The notes: generated from the letters alone by a model not told the origin. A stretch of DNA of 64,000 nucleotides from Isurus oxyrinchus (GCA_026770705.1 JANJGN010000140.1:620001-684000); one strand, 5' to 3'. Positions 51,961 through 63,977 are shown, counted from the first letter of the stretch. Made by a program: numbers and translations.

Positions 51961-54024
51961 GATATATATTACTGTTCCTTCATCACCATAGGGTGAAACG
52001 TTCTGTAACTCCTTTTCTCACAACATTGTGGGAGCACCTTCACACGGGTTGCAGAGGTTCAAGAAGGTCAAACATCATCTTCCCCACAGGTAAATGGGGA
52101 TGGGCAATATCCACTGCTGGTCTTGTTAGTGGCACTGAAATCTCAAGGATCACCTGTGTCAGATAGGGCGGACCTACCTTTAAACTGCATCTGAGAGGAA
52201 AGTGACTGCTCCCGAGAGCTGGATGAGAGGAGGCAGCTCACAGTCAGATGGCTGAACACACTGCAGCCCACATGGACATTACAAACTGCCCCCTTTCTTG
52301 GGGACTCATTGCTAGAGGCGTAGCAACCAGCACATAGGAACAGAAGTAGGCCATTCAGCCCCTCAAACCTGCTCCACCATTCTATTCACACAACTCCCTT
52401 TTCCCATCTTTGATCAAATTACTTTTATATCTTTGCTTAACATAATTCACTCTATTCATGTCTTGAAGAATTCAATTGACCTCCAGCATTCACAGCTTTT
52501 TGGGGAGGTTGGTCCTGATTCCCACAACGCTTGTCTGAACACGTTGTTCCTGATTTCTCTCCAGGTTCTACTGTTTTGATTCTGCCCCCATGTTCTCGAA
52601 TTGCCTGCAGAGCAAATGTTTTCCCTGTATCTACCCTCACAAACACATTGATCATTTTAAAAACAGCATCATATCACCCCTGAAACTTCAATATTTCATG
52701 AAATACAAACGAATTTTCTGCAGCCTGTTCACCTTGATGTACAGCAGCATTGACTTTAATGACCTGGAGGAGCTTTCTACCAACTGTTCAGAATGGCGAC
52801 AACTTATCCATCAAGCTGCATCACACTCTTAGTCACAGTGTCTTCAGGATGAGGCACAGCAGCAGCAGAGAAGAGGAATCAAATGCTGTGCTCCAGATCC
52901 CAATACTTCATGGATGTCCTGCCCCATGAGTCCAAATATCTGCAGGTCAAGAATCAGTCTGTTCATTCACAAGAAGACCCATGGTAGAAACTCACCACCC
53001 TGAGGAGACGTCATCCTTGAATTGAGAGGCTGCTGACGAAGTATTAAACATCAACTAATGCAGGCACTTGGGCACTGAGAGAATACACACAGACGACCAC
53101 AGAAAGTTCATTCCAGGGAAGCCAGACTGAACATGAAGATGAGACAGAAATAGAGGCAGACATGATAGCCCAAGATTAAACATAATGCAAACTGAATTAG
53201 AATCACTATTGGAGCAGCTTTATTAGATTCACAATAACTAAGCATTATAAACAGAGGCCTTTCATTGTAGGATAATGAAAATACTGGACAAAGATAGGAA
53301 TAGTTTGATTCTGAGATGTTGAGGAGAGGCTTGGTGGAGAATAGACAAAGGGTGTGTCTTCTGCAACTACTGTAGTTCTGCACTCCCACAAAGAAGGAGG
53401 TGTTTAGATTATGTAAGTGTCACCATTAAGCTGCAAACATAAAATCAAGGCTTTATTTAAGCAATGAAATGGATATAGAAATGAAGAGGCCCTGCCAGTT
53501 CAATGGAACTTGAGGGATTTAGGGTTATTGATAAAAATGAAACATTCCCGCCTCTGAGCCAGAAACTCCTCTGCAGACACCTGGTGAGTGAAGACGGCTC
53601 TCCAGCTCATTCTGGGTTGACATCAGGCAGGATACGTGTATCCGGCGGTTCTGGCTGTTCTCTCCCATTGTGTGAGCTGATCAAACTCTCTCGGCTAATG
53701 CTGGAACAACAAATCGGCTGGAATTAAATGGCTCCAAACTCGGAAGGAGAGTTCAGCAGCCTGCGAATTCTTCCACTAATTCACACTGTTCTCCAAATTC
53801 AAAGAGAAACAATCACTCCGCCCTGTAATTTCCCGAAATAATTCCTGCTGCCTGTCTTGACTGAATCCATTTCAGCAACAAATGTTGAAATGTTTGCTCC
53901 ACACCCACAGGTGTGGACAGGTTCATCTGCTTAAAGCCACAAATGGAAAGGTCCAGTTTTCTCCTGGAGTTTGAGACAAATCAGCTTTCAAAATGATGCA
54001 GTTTCTGGCAATGAGGGAGATCCG

Positions 54025-54125
54025 GATTCAGCCCCGCCCCTCATTCACTCCAATTGGTTGGAGGACCAGCCACTTTCGCTTGGTCCTCCAGACCCGCCCC
54101 CTCTTCCTATTGGTCCCGAGTTGCC
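54025..54125. promoter_or_regulatory. GC-box/CCAAT promoter-like module (inverted paralog at 58290-58390)
   Basis: ccccgcccc, ccaattgg, cccgcccc and attgg in CpG-rich sequence. Confidence 0.55.
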
Positions 54126-55237
54126 GTCAATCAGTCACCGGGCATTGTGATCTCAGCTTGCGTAGGTCATGGCGACGGACGGTAAGGGAGCTCGAGCTAG
54201 TGGGTTTAAAATGGAGGGTTTACAAAGACCGAGTGCGGATCCAGAGCCCAAAATAAAACCTGCAATATTTTCTACTTAGCACGCGACTAGAAACCGTAAA
54301 CATTATCCCTGACTTCCCGGTTTCTCCCGCTCAGGTCTGACTTTGGAGTGAGTCCGGCGAGGCCCCAGCGCATATGCAATGTCAGCTCAGTCAGGAAGCG
54401 TCTGTAAATGTAGAGAAAGTGGTAAAAGTTAGGGAGCGTCTCTAAAAATGGTGATTTCGGGAAATGTCTGCAAATGAAGGAAATGATGACTGAGCATGGA
54501 GTGCTTAAAAAGCAAGGGAACATGCTAATGGACAGGGAATGTCTGTAAAGAATCATTGAGTCATAGAATTGTATAACACTGTTACCAGAGAAGAAGATGA
54601 TGCCTGACCTTGAACCTTTGCAGTCTGTGTGGTAAACTGCTCCAACATTTCTGTGAGATAAGGAGTTACAGTAATTTCACTCAGTGATGATGAAGGAATG
54701 GTGACATGTCCAAATCAGCAACAATGTGTGTTTATATGGCGCCTTTAGTGTAATAGAAAACTCCAAAGTGTTTCACAGGAGTTTTATGAAGCAACTTTTG
54801 CCACTGAGCCCACAGAAGGAGATGTTTGGCTAGATGACCAAAAGTTTGGTCAGAGATAGGTTTTAAGAATTATCTTGGAGGTTATGAGGCTGGAGAAGAT
54901 CACAGAGGTAGGAAGGAGCGATATCATGAAGAGATTTGAAAGCAAAAATGATAAATTTAAAATTTAAGTGCTTCTTAGCCTGGAAACTTTGTACCTCAGA
55001 GACCATGATGGTGATGAGTGAACAAGACTTGGTGGAGTAAGCACATGGGCAGCAGAGTTTTGAATGACCTCAAGATCACAGGGAGGTTTAATGTGGGAGG
55101 CCGGCTGGGATTGCATTAGGATACTTAAGTCTATAGGTAACAAATGAATAGATAAAAATATCAATTGCAGAGCAACTGAGACTAGGATGGAGTTGGATGA
55201 TACTGAGGTGGAAATGGGCAGTCTTGGTGATGATAAA

Positions 55238-56435
55238 GGGGAGCCTGTAGACATACTGTACTTAGATTTCCAGAAGGCATTTGATAAGATGCCACATCAA
55301 AGGTTATCACGACAAATAAAAGCTCAGGGTGTAGGATGTAACATGTTAGTATGGATAGAATATTGACTGGCTGGCAGAGATTATGCATAAATTGGTCTTG
55401 TCTGATTAGCAGGATGTGATGAGTGGAGTCCCACAGGATCTGTGCTGGCACGTCAACTTTTTACAATTGATATCAATGACTTAGATGAGGGGAGAGAAGC
55501 CATTGTAGATAAACTTGCAGATGACGTGAAGATATGTAGGAATGTATGTTGTGAAGAGGACATAAGGAGGTTGCAGACGCATATAGATAGGCTGAGTGAT
55601 TGGGCAGAGATCTGGAAAATGGAGTTTAATGTTGGAAAATGTGAAGTTGTTCACTTTGGCAGGAAGAATAAAAAAGCAGAGTGTTACTTAAATGGAGAAT
55701 GACTGCAGAATTTCAAGGTGCAGAGGGATCTAGGTGTTCTAGTGCATGAGGCACAAAAAGTTAGTATGCAGGTATAGCAAGTAGTTAAAAAGGCTCAGGG
55801 AATGATTTTCTTTATTACGAGAGGGATTGAACATCAAAGCAAGGATGTTATGCTTCACTTATACAGGGCATTGGTGAGACCACATATCGAATACAGTGTG
55901 CAGTTTTTGGTCCCCTTATTTAAAGAAAGATGTAAATGCATTGGAGGTGGTTCAAAGGTGGTTTACTGGATTGATACCTGGATGAACGGATTGTCTTTTG
56001 AGGATAGGCTGGACAGGCTGGGCTTGTTTCCACTGGAGTTTAGAAAAAGGAGGGGTGACTTGATTGAAGTATATAAGATCCTGAATGGTCTTGACAAGGT
56101 GGATATGCAAAGGATGTTTCCTCTTGTTGGTGATTCCAGAACTAGGGGCATTGTTGTGAAATTAGGAGTCGCCATTTTAGGACAGAGATGAGGAGAATTT
56201 TTTTCTCTGAGGACTCTGGAACTCCCTGCCTCAGAAGTCAGTGGTGGTGGAGTCATTAAATATTTTTAAGGCAGAGGTAGATAGATTCTTGTTAGGCACA
56301 GGAATCAAAGTTTATCGGGGGTAGATGGGAAAGTGGAATTTGAAATGCAAGTAATCAGTCATGATTATATTGAATGGCAGAGTGGCCTCGAGGGGCTGAA
56401 TACCCTACTTATTTTCCTATTTTGCATGTTCGCAT
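55238..56435 (+). mobile_element. CR1 LINE nested in an L2-like fragment (54700-56580, - strand)
   Basis: INDLDEG..KLADDVK..EFNVGKCEVVHFGRKN and LYRALVRPHIEYSVQF; L2-like sequence on both flanks. Confidence 0.85.
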
Positions 56436-58084
56436 GATGCAGATATGCGGTTTCAAGGTCAGTTTGGGGTGAAACATGACACCGATGTTGTGAAAAGTCT
56501 GGTTCAGCCTCAGACAGTTGCTGGGGAGATGATGGAGTCAGTGGCTGTGGAGTGGAGAAGGGACTGAAGACAATGGTTTCAGTTATCGGGGAGACGTTGG
56601 CATAGTGGTATTGTCACTGGACAAGTAATCCAGAGATCTGGGTAATGCTTGAGGGACCCAGGTTCAAATCCTACCACAACATCAGGCTGTCACCAAGACA
56701 CCTTACACAGCACCTTCCAAACCCACAACCACAACTACCTAGGAGGACAAGGGCAGCAGATAGATGGGAACACCACCACTGGACTTTCTGCTCCAAGTAA
56801 CTCACCATCCTGACGTGGTATATTGCAGTTTCTTCACTGTCACTGGGTCAAAATCCTGGAACTCCCTTCCTAACAGCACTGTGGGTGTACCTACACCACA
56901 TGGACTGCAGCGGTTCAAGAAGGCAGCTCACCCCACTTTCTCAAGGGCAGATAGGAATGGGGAATAAATGCTGGCCCAGCCAGGGAAGCCCATGAGTGAA
57001 TAAAAAAAAATTACAAGACAGATGGTGGAATTTAATTTCAATGAAAAGTCTAATGTTGGCGACAAAATCATTGTCGATAGTCATAAAAACCCTTCTAGTT
57101 CACTAATATCCTTTAGGGGAGGAAATCTGCCATCCTTACCTGGTCTGGCCTGCGTGTGACTCCAGACCCACAAGAATGTGGTTGACTCTGAAATGCCCTC
57201 AGTTGTATCAAACCATGACCGGAAAATGATTAAGGAATGAAACCAGACCACCCGGCGTCAGCCCAGGCACCCGAACTGACAAAGGCAAACTCAGCCCTGC
57301 CAACCCTATGAAGTCCTCCATACTAACATCTGGTGCCAAGAATGAGAGAGCTGTTTCACAGAGGAGTTAAGCAAGAGCCTGACATAATCATATTCACGGA
57401 ACCATAGTTCTTGTGGAGACAAAGTCCCGTCTTCACATTGAGGATACCCTCCATTGTGTTGTCTGCTACTACAACCCTAGATCTCAAACAGATCATGCAA
57501 CCATGAGGTGCTGTGAGCCATCAGCAGCAGCAGAATTGTACTCAACCACAGGCTTCAATTTTGCCTTGAATCATCATCCCCTTGATGATTTACTCTGTCT
57601 TCCATCCTAGCGCAAGACAGTTTGTTCTTTCCTCCTCCCCCCTCTCTTTTACCTGACCCTATATTTGCTGGAAAAGTATTAAATCTTTCACTCTTTCCTG
57701 TTTGAATAAAGGGTCACTGATGTGAAACATTCACTCTGTTTACCTCTCCATAGATACTGTTTGACCTGCTGAGTGTTTCCAACATTTTCTGTTTTGAAGT
57801 CAATTTCTAGCATCTGCAATATATTTTTTTGGGGTCACTGTGTTTTCTCTCACTTATCGTTACCTGTTTAAAGGTGAAGAAGGGCTTTTAAAGAATGAGA
57901 CAGCAGTAATAGTCTTGAAGGGTCATTCGGACTCGAAACATTAACTGTGCTCCTCTCCACAAATGCTGCCAGACCTGCTGAGTTTTTCCAGGTATTTTTG
58001 TTTTTGTTTTAGTAATTGTCACCCTGTTCAACATGAAACTGAACTAATTGTTAATTCCTCATTGGTAATAATTTTAAACACAAA

Positions 58085-58154
58085 GTTTCGGCCGGGTTTG
58101 AGCCGGGCACTCTCTCATCTAAAGTAAACGTGATAATCACTGCACTGGGGAAAT
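58085..58154 (-). pseudogene. tRNA-Val-derived pseudogene
   Basis: The minus strand atttccccagtgcagtgattatcacgttt...cccggctcaaacccggccgaaac resembles GTTTCCGTAGTGTAGTGGTTATCACGTTC...CCCGGTTCGAAACCGGGCGGAAAC. Confidence 0.65.
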
Positions 58155-58289
58155 GAGTGTGAATCCCCCCGGACAGAGGGGAACTGACCATCCATATCTA
58201 GCTCTAATTCCCAAACAGAAAATGCTGCCAATAATCAGCAAGTCAGGCTGAGTCTGTGGCCGCTCTCAGCGTCTGAAACCGTCACAATT

Positions 58290-58390
58290 GACGATTGCTC
58301 CAGACCAATAGGAAAAGGGGGCGGGACTGGGGGACATGCGTGCGCAAGAGGCTGGCCCTGCAACCAATGAGAAGGCGGGGCTGATCCACA
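58290..58390. promoter_or_regulatory. CCAAT/GC-box promoter-like module
   Basis: gaccaatagg..gggcggg..caaccaatgagaaggcgggg; reverse-complement homologue of 54025-54125. Confidence 0.55.
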
Positions 58391-60353
58391 ATGGGTAAAG
58401 AGGGGGGATGGCGGGGCGGAGGGAGCGATGGACGAAGACATGTGTAAACCCGCAGCCATGTTCGACTCGGGCTAAAGGCCCCATGATTTTTTATTCATTC
58501 CTGGGGTGTCAGTGGCTGGGGCCAGCAGTTACTGGCCATTCCTAAGTGCCCTTGTGCAGAAGGCAGTTAAGAATCACCACATTGCTGTGGGGTCTGGGGT
58601 CACAGATAGGCCAGAACAGGTAAGGGTTTTTAATAACAATCGGCAATGGTTTCATGGTCATCTTTAGACTTTTAATTCCAGATTTTTATTGAATTCAAAT
58701 TTCACCATCTGCAGTGGTGCGAATTGATCCCACATCCCCAGAGCGTTACCCTGGGTCTCTTGAATATGAGGACATCACAATGCCACTATGCCACCACAAT
58801 GGGCACATGTAGGGGGCAATGTTTTAATGACTGGGAGGAGCTTGTTACCCATTGTTTAAAATGATGACAACTTGTCCATCAAGCTGTATTAACCTTTGAG
58901 CTGATCAATAATGTCTTATTGATGAGGCAAAGCTGCAGCAGAGAAGGCAAGAAAAGGAAGAAAATCCTGCTCTCCTGATCTCACTACCTCATAGACGACC
59001 TGCCCCATGTGTCCAAAGATCTGTGTGTCTGTTCAGTCACATGAAGACCAACGGCAGAAACTCAGAATCCTGAGTAAACATCACACTCTCATCGAGGATC
59101 TGCTGACGACAACGAGGGACAATGTGCAGAGGACACATGTGAGGTCATCCTGGACCAGGGAGGAGGAGGAGAGAATGCTGTGAATTTCTATGCTGGGATA
59201 GATTTTGGAAACTACTTTTAAGGGGGTTAGAAGGGGAGGATTTATGCACAACAAACTCAAAGCAAGAAAAATATTTGTCTCCTCTGAATTTCCATCCTGG
59301 ACTGATAGTGATTGCTTCTATAAACTCATGGGGTACCGGAAGCAGAGGTCTCTTTTAAGGAGTATTTTAAAGGAGGAAAGGAAGATATAGAGGTGGACAG
59401 GATTAGTAATGAAAACCCAGAGTTTATGGCCTTGGCAGCTACAGGTACCAAATGTGGACCAAAAGAAATCAGGAATTGTCAGGAAGTCAGAAGTAGAGTG
59501 CAGATATCTCGCAGGTAACAAAGGAATGGATGATGGTTTCAGCAGCAGATGAGCTGAGACTGGGGTGGAGTCTGGCGATGTTACTAAGGTGGAATCCAGT
59601 CTTCATGATGATGCAGGTATGTGGGTGGAGCTTGCCTTGGGGTCAAATATGACACCATTGTTTTGAACAATCTCTTTCAGCCTCAGGCAGTTGACAGGGA
59701 GGGGGCTGAAGTCGGTGCCTAGGGACTGAAGTTTGTAGTGGGGACTGAAGTCAACGGCTTCAGCCTTCTCAATATTTAAATAGAGGAAAATTCTCCTCGT
59801 CCAGTGCTGGGTGTTGGGCAGGTCAGGATGGTGTGTGACTTGGAGGAGAACCTGGAGGTGATGGTGTTCACATACACCTGCTACCCTGGTCCTTCTAGGT
59901 GGTGGAGATTGAGGATTCATGAGATTCTGTCAAAGTTCTGGTCGATTTGCACAAATATAAATAATATTCCTCTCCTTCTCTGCTTCTGCTCCCAGCAATC
60001 TTTCACTCTTCTCCCCCCATATTCCAGAGTCTTGTATAGGACCAGACTAGGTGGCATGTTTCCTTCCCTGAAGCACATTAGTGAACCAGTTGGGGTTTTA
60101 CGACAGTCCAGCAGTTTTCATGGTCACTTTTTCCTAGTGTCGGCCCCACAAATCACCAGATTCATTCAGCTCAATTTCACAACCTGTCTTTGTGTTTTTG
60201 TGGGGTCTCTCTCACTTTTTTCTATTTTAAAACATTTTGACAGGTTTTTAGACGGGTAGGATTTCGAGTCCGGAAACTCAAACCAAGCATCACATCAGGC
60301 TCTGTCAAGAGTTACCCAATTTATCGTAACCTGAATATCATCGGATTTTGAAC

Positions 60354-60437
60354 ATGGAAGGAGAAAGCACCATTCACAGCAGAAAGAAACCGCACACGTG
60401 TCCTGTGTGTGGACGAGGCTTCAGCCGATCATCTGGT
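60354..60437 (+). pseudogene. C2H2 zinc-finger gene fragment
   Basis: MEGESTIHSRKKPHTCPVCGRGFSRSSG, truncated. Confidence 0.7.
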
Positions 60438-60658
60438 TGTTCAATATCTCAAACAGGCACTGAAACTGTGTCAAACGGCAATAAATATATGAAAGCGATC
60501 AAATCGATTTAGGAATGTCGATTATGGTACAGACGTGAGTTGAAATTGATTAATATAATTGCGCAAGTGTTCCTCAGCCCTTCGTGTTTGATGTGTTTTG
60601 AATCTTTCTGTGGCCCTCACTGTGGCGGCTGCTTTATTGCTTATGTTTATCGGTGTGA

Positions 60659-60677
60659 GAGCGCCCTCTGGTGGGCA
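60659..60677 (-). promoter_or_regulatory. CTCF-binding motif adjacent to the V RSS
   Basis: Minus strand TGCCCACCAGAGGGCGCTC vs consensus TGGCCACCAG(G/A)(G/T)GGCGCT. Confidence 0.75.
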
Positions 60678-60697
60678 CTAACTGTACCTCTCAGTGA

Positions 60698-60737
60698 GGT
60701 TTCAGCACGGGATCGGCAATATCTCCGCAGCACTGTG
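60698..60737 (-). other. RSS of the TCR V pseudogene (24-nt spacer)
   Basis: Minus strand CACAGTG - 24 nt - GCTGAAACC. Confidence 0.7.
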
Positions 60738-61166
60738 AGCTCCAGGGCACAGAAATACACGGCGCTTTCGGAGAGAAGTTCCCCGGCGATATTTAAAGGA
60801 GACGCTATATTTCCTTTGTGAAAATAACCAGAAAATCTGTCTGGTTAGCTTGGAAGCCTTTCTTCATTCCCCAAGCTTCAGTAAATGTCTCGCAGCTTCC
60901 CCGGGATACTGGGCATACCAGAACAGAGTTGTGACAGGGCCGGCTGGCGAGTAACTGCAGCCCAGTATTATGCTCTGTCCTTCCATTATCATTAATGCAG
61001 ACGGATCCTGGGACATTGAATCTGTGCCATTCGACCCTGTAACACAGATACAGAATGGTTCAAAGCCGGCGAGGAAATACAACCCCCGTAAACACAGTGA
61101 CTATGTAGACATAGACTTATCAGGCAGCAAGGCAATTATTGGGAGTAAGGGACATGGTGAGCTCAT
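60738..61166 (-). pseudogene. TCR V-alpha/delta pseudogene (leader 61166-61121; V exon 61036-60738)
   Basis: Leader MSSPCPLLPIIALLP with donor mutated to G|ATAAGT. V: DSMSQDPSALMIMEGQSIILGCSY..LFWYAQYPGEAARHLL, frameshift near 60870, then ..*PDRFSG..LNIAGELLSESAVYFCALE. YFCAL and LFWY-Q-PG are V-alpha/delta hallmarks. Confidence 0.85.
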
Positions 61167-62455
61167 GGTATCTGGTTTCGAGCTCGACAAAAAAAATCAC
61201 AGGTTCTTCTTAATATGTTGGTCCCTCTAGTCTGATATTAAAGTGAAACCCAGAACAGGATCGGGCTCCACTTATTGGGGCAGAGAGGGGCGTTTCCCAA
61301 GGAGAAGATTCACTTGTCTGTCCGAGCTGATGACAGCTACGCACCAATGAATGTGAGCTGCGGATAGTTTAATTCACTGGGTGGTTCCCCCTCCCTCGCT
61401 CTGACCTTCTTAGCTTGTCTGTCCCTTTGCCTTGATGTCTCTCTGCTGGGTAAATCTCTCCTCGAAGTAAACACTCCCACCGCAGTAAAACACGTGGAAA
61501 TAAATACGTTAAATTGGGAGTGAAGACAGAATAGGACAAATCGGTGAGCAAGCACTGACGCCTAAACACCTCCAGGCGTCGTGAAAGTTGCTTTGGAGTT
61601 TTCGCATTTATATCGGACTTAAAGTCAATCAATAAATGTAATTTCATCGTGATCAGAGGCCATGGGGACAGCGCTGTAGAGAAAAACTGCACGGGAATGG
61701 AAAGGAAATATGAGGCAAATTTGTTGGACCAGATGATGGATCAAAATAAAATCCACATGTGTTTCTATGACTGAGGGTGGCTCCTTTGTGCTGCATTTGT
61801 ATGTTTCACAGACCTGTCATTTGTGTTTGAGTGGATATTTAGATTTGTGTCCAAAGCCCCTTGTTGCAGCTGATGAAGTGACAGATGTCGCACTAAAGTG
61901 CTGCATATGAATGCGCCAGGTAATGCTGGCTTGCAAACCCATTTGTGTGGGATTAACTGAAGGTTCGTTGGATTAAAGTCTCCCGGGTGTTCCTGCCTCC
62001 TTGGTGTAGTGCCGGGTCACCGTTCAGCCCCTCGAACTCATTGGCTTTACTGGTCAGGCTGAGGGACTGACGGGAAGCGCCATCTCTCAAACACCACCCG
62101 ATACAAACACACGCATCGACCTCCCAGTTCATTATTGCGGGGATTTGAAGGCGGCAGCGTAACTGGCAGAAAGAAAAGCTCCCCTCCCCCACCTCTGTAC
62201 CCCAGAGTATTGCAGGAGGACCTTTCACATCCGGATCACAATCCAAATGAAGAGTCAAAAAATTGCAGTCTCCTTTTATAAACCTGTCTCTTAGTCACAG
62301 ACTTAGCCAGCGACCCGGGAACCGTGCGGCCCATCAATGATCAGAGCGGAACTGTCCTGTGCAAATCAACTCAGCACCCACCTAAATATTTAGGTCCAGC
62401 TCTGAGGTCCGGTCTCCCAGTGCAGTCCGGGTCTACAGTCTCCAGCGCCCCGTCA

Positions 62456-62461
62456 TATAAA
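62456..62461 (+). promoter_or_regulatory. TATA box of the NAR-TCR V
   Basis: TATAAA, preceded by a CGTCA half-CRE, ~25 nt before the leader. Confidence 0.55.
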
Positions 62462-62482
62462 CCCTCAGCTCCAGGCAGCAGA

Positions 62483-62950
62483 ACGATTGGAATTCTCTTT
62501 CTTTTCACCCTGTGTGTCCGCTTACCCCGTGAGTACCGATCAAACAAACCGACACTGTGTTTGTTTAATATAAAGCTGCCCGAGTCCATCCCAACTCCAG
62601 ACAATGTCCGGGGTTTTGACCCCGCTCTGTGGTTCGGCTCTGATGGTCCATTAAACTCTCTCTGTTTAATTTCCAGGCTCTTTCAGTCAGTCAGTGGTAC
62701 AGACCCCGGCAGCGGTGACCAGGAAGGAGTGTCAGTCCCTCACCATCACCTGCGTTTTCTATGGTGGCTTTTTCTCTCGTCCTTTGACGGGCGGGGATTT
62801 CTTCAGACAAACCCAGACCGGGAGCGGATCTCCAGTGAGGGGAGATTTGTTGTGTCGGTGAATAAAGCAGAAAATGCATTTTCGCTGGAAATTAGGGATC
62901 TGAGAGTTGGAAACACCACCACCTATTACTGTAAAGCTCTGTATATGTAC
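62483..62950 (+). pseudogene. NAR-TCR (IgNAR-like) V pseudogene (leader 62483-62528; V exon from 62677)
   Basis: 46-nt leader with ACG in place of ATG and a C|GTGAG donor. V: QSVVQTPAAVTRKECQSLTITCV..FFRQTQT, frameshift at ~62820, then RERISSEGRFVVSVNKAENAFSLEIRDLRVGNTTTYYCKA. Lacks the CDR2 region as NAR V does; extra FR1 Cys; no intact RSS. Confidence 0.82.
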
Positions 62951-63306
62951 AGCATGCGGTACAGTCAGAGTGGGGCAGACCGGAGCAAATATCTCTGTAC
63001 GATCACTGTTTAAATTCTCTGGGCCCGGATAGGAAATTGTTGGGTTGATGTTATTATCACTGTAATCTGGTTATATTTCTTGTAATTTCCACCATTCAGT
63101 TATCTTTCTTTGATAATTTTTCGGTTTATATGAAGCAAACATCTCCTTCCCGGGGCCATTTACTCAGAGCTCAGGGCCTCACAAAGAACAGTTTGAACCG
63201 ACAGAAGCTTTGAAACATTGAATATTTTACACTTATTTTAATCCGCTCAATAACTGGGCAGTTTCTACTGTCTGATGATGATTTCCCTGCAGTTTGAGGT
63301 GTCAAT

Positions 63307-63398
63307 GATTGTTGTACCGGAGAGACTGAGAGCGGGATCACTGTGCTGAAAATAAGATTATGTGGATGGATCCGGGACGGTGGTGACTGTCACAGCCG
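63307..63398 (+). other. NAR-TCR J segment (coding 63346-63398) with 23-RSS
   Basis: GATTGTTGT-23-CACTGTG; DYVDGSGTVVTVTA with the NAR-type DGxG motif; donor G|GTAAGT; two in-frame stops in the first three codons. Confidence 0.85.
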
Positions 63399-63977
63399 GT
63401 AAGTGACTCCAAACCCCGCCGGGTTACAGCCTGTCTCGGGTAATGTTCACCGTCAGTTTATTATTGATATCAGTGGAGTTTGGGTGAGATGTGGGAGTTG
63501 ACAGAATCTGGACCATTATTGGTTTAATGGGCACATCGGGGACAACATCAACATCATGGACTCTCACGCTCTGAATCGTTTTTAATGAGCGCAGATTGTC
63601 GACAATCCGGACTCCACTCCTGGTGTGAACTGTGACCGAGGGCTCTCTGTCTGTCCCTTAGAGCCCGGGAGCGAGGTCACAGATCTCTCTACTGGGCAGC
63701 AGATTGCAGTCCGACCTGAGCAATGTGAATGAGGTACCGAGTGAATAAACTCAACACAACTATGGCCAGTTCAGATACCTGCAGCGGCTCGTTCAATACC
63801 TGACCCGGGAGAGAAATGGGAGAGTGACACAAGGGACTTCAGATATAAGACCCTGATGTGGGTCCAGATGGAATTTTATGATTGGGCAACCAGTGACTAA
63901 AATTAGTGACATTGACCCCGCCACTTCTCTCAATTGCCATCATATAACCAATCACTTTCCTCCTTTTCCGCTGTCAG

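Noticed and set aside
62324-63013. 229-aa ORF as a functional protein
   Set aside because: It runs through promoter, leader, intron and an out-of-frame part of the V exon; only its leader stretch and C-terminal part match the real pseudogene frames.
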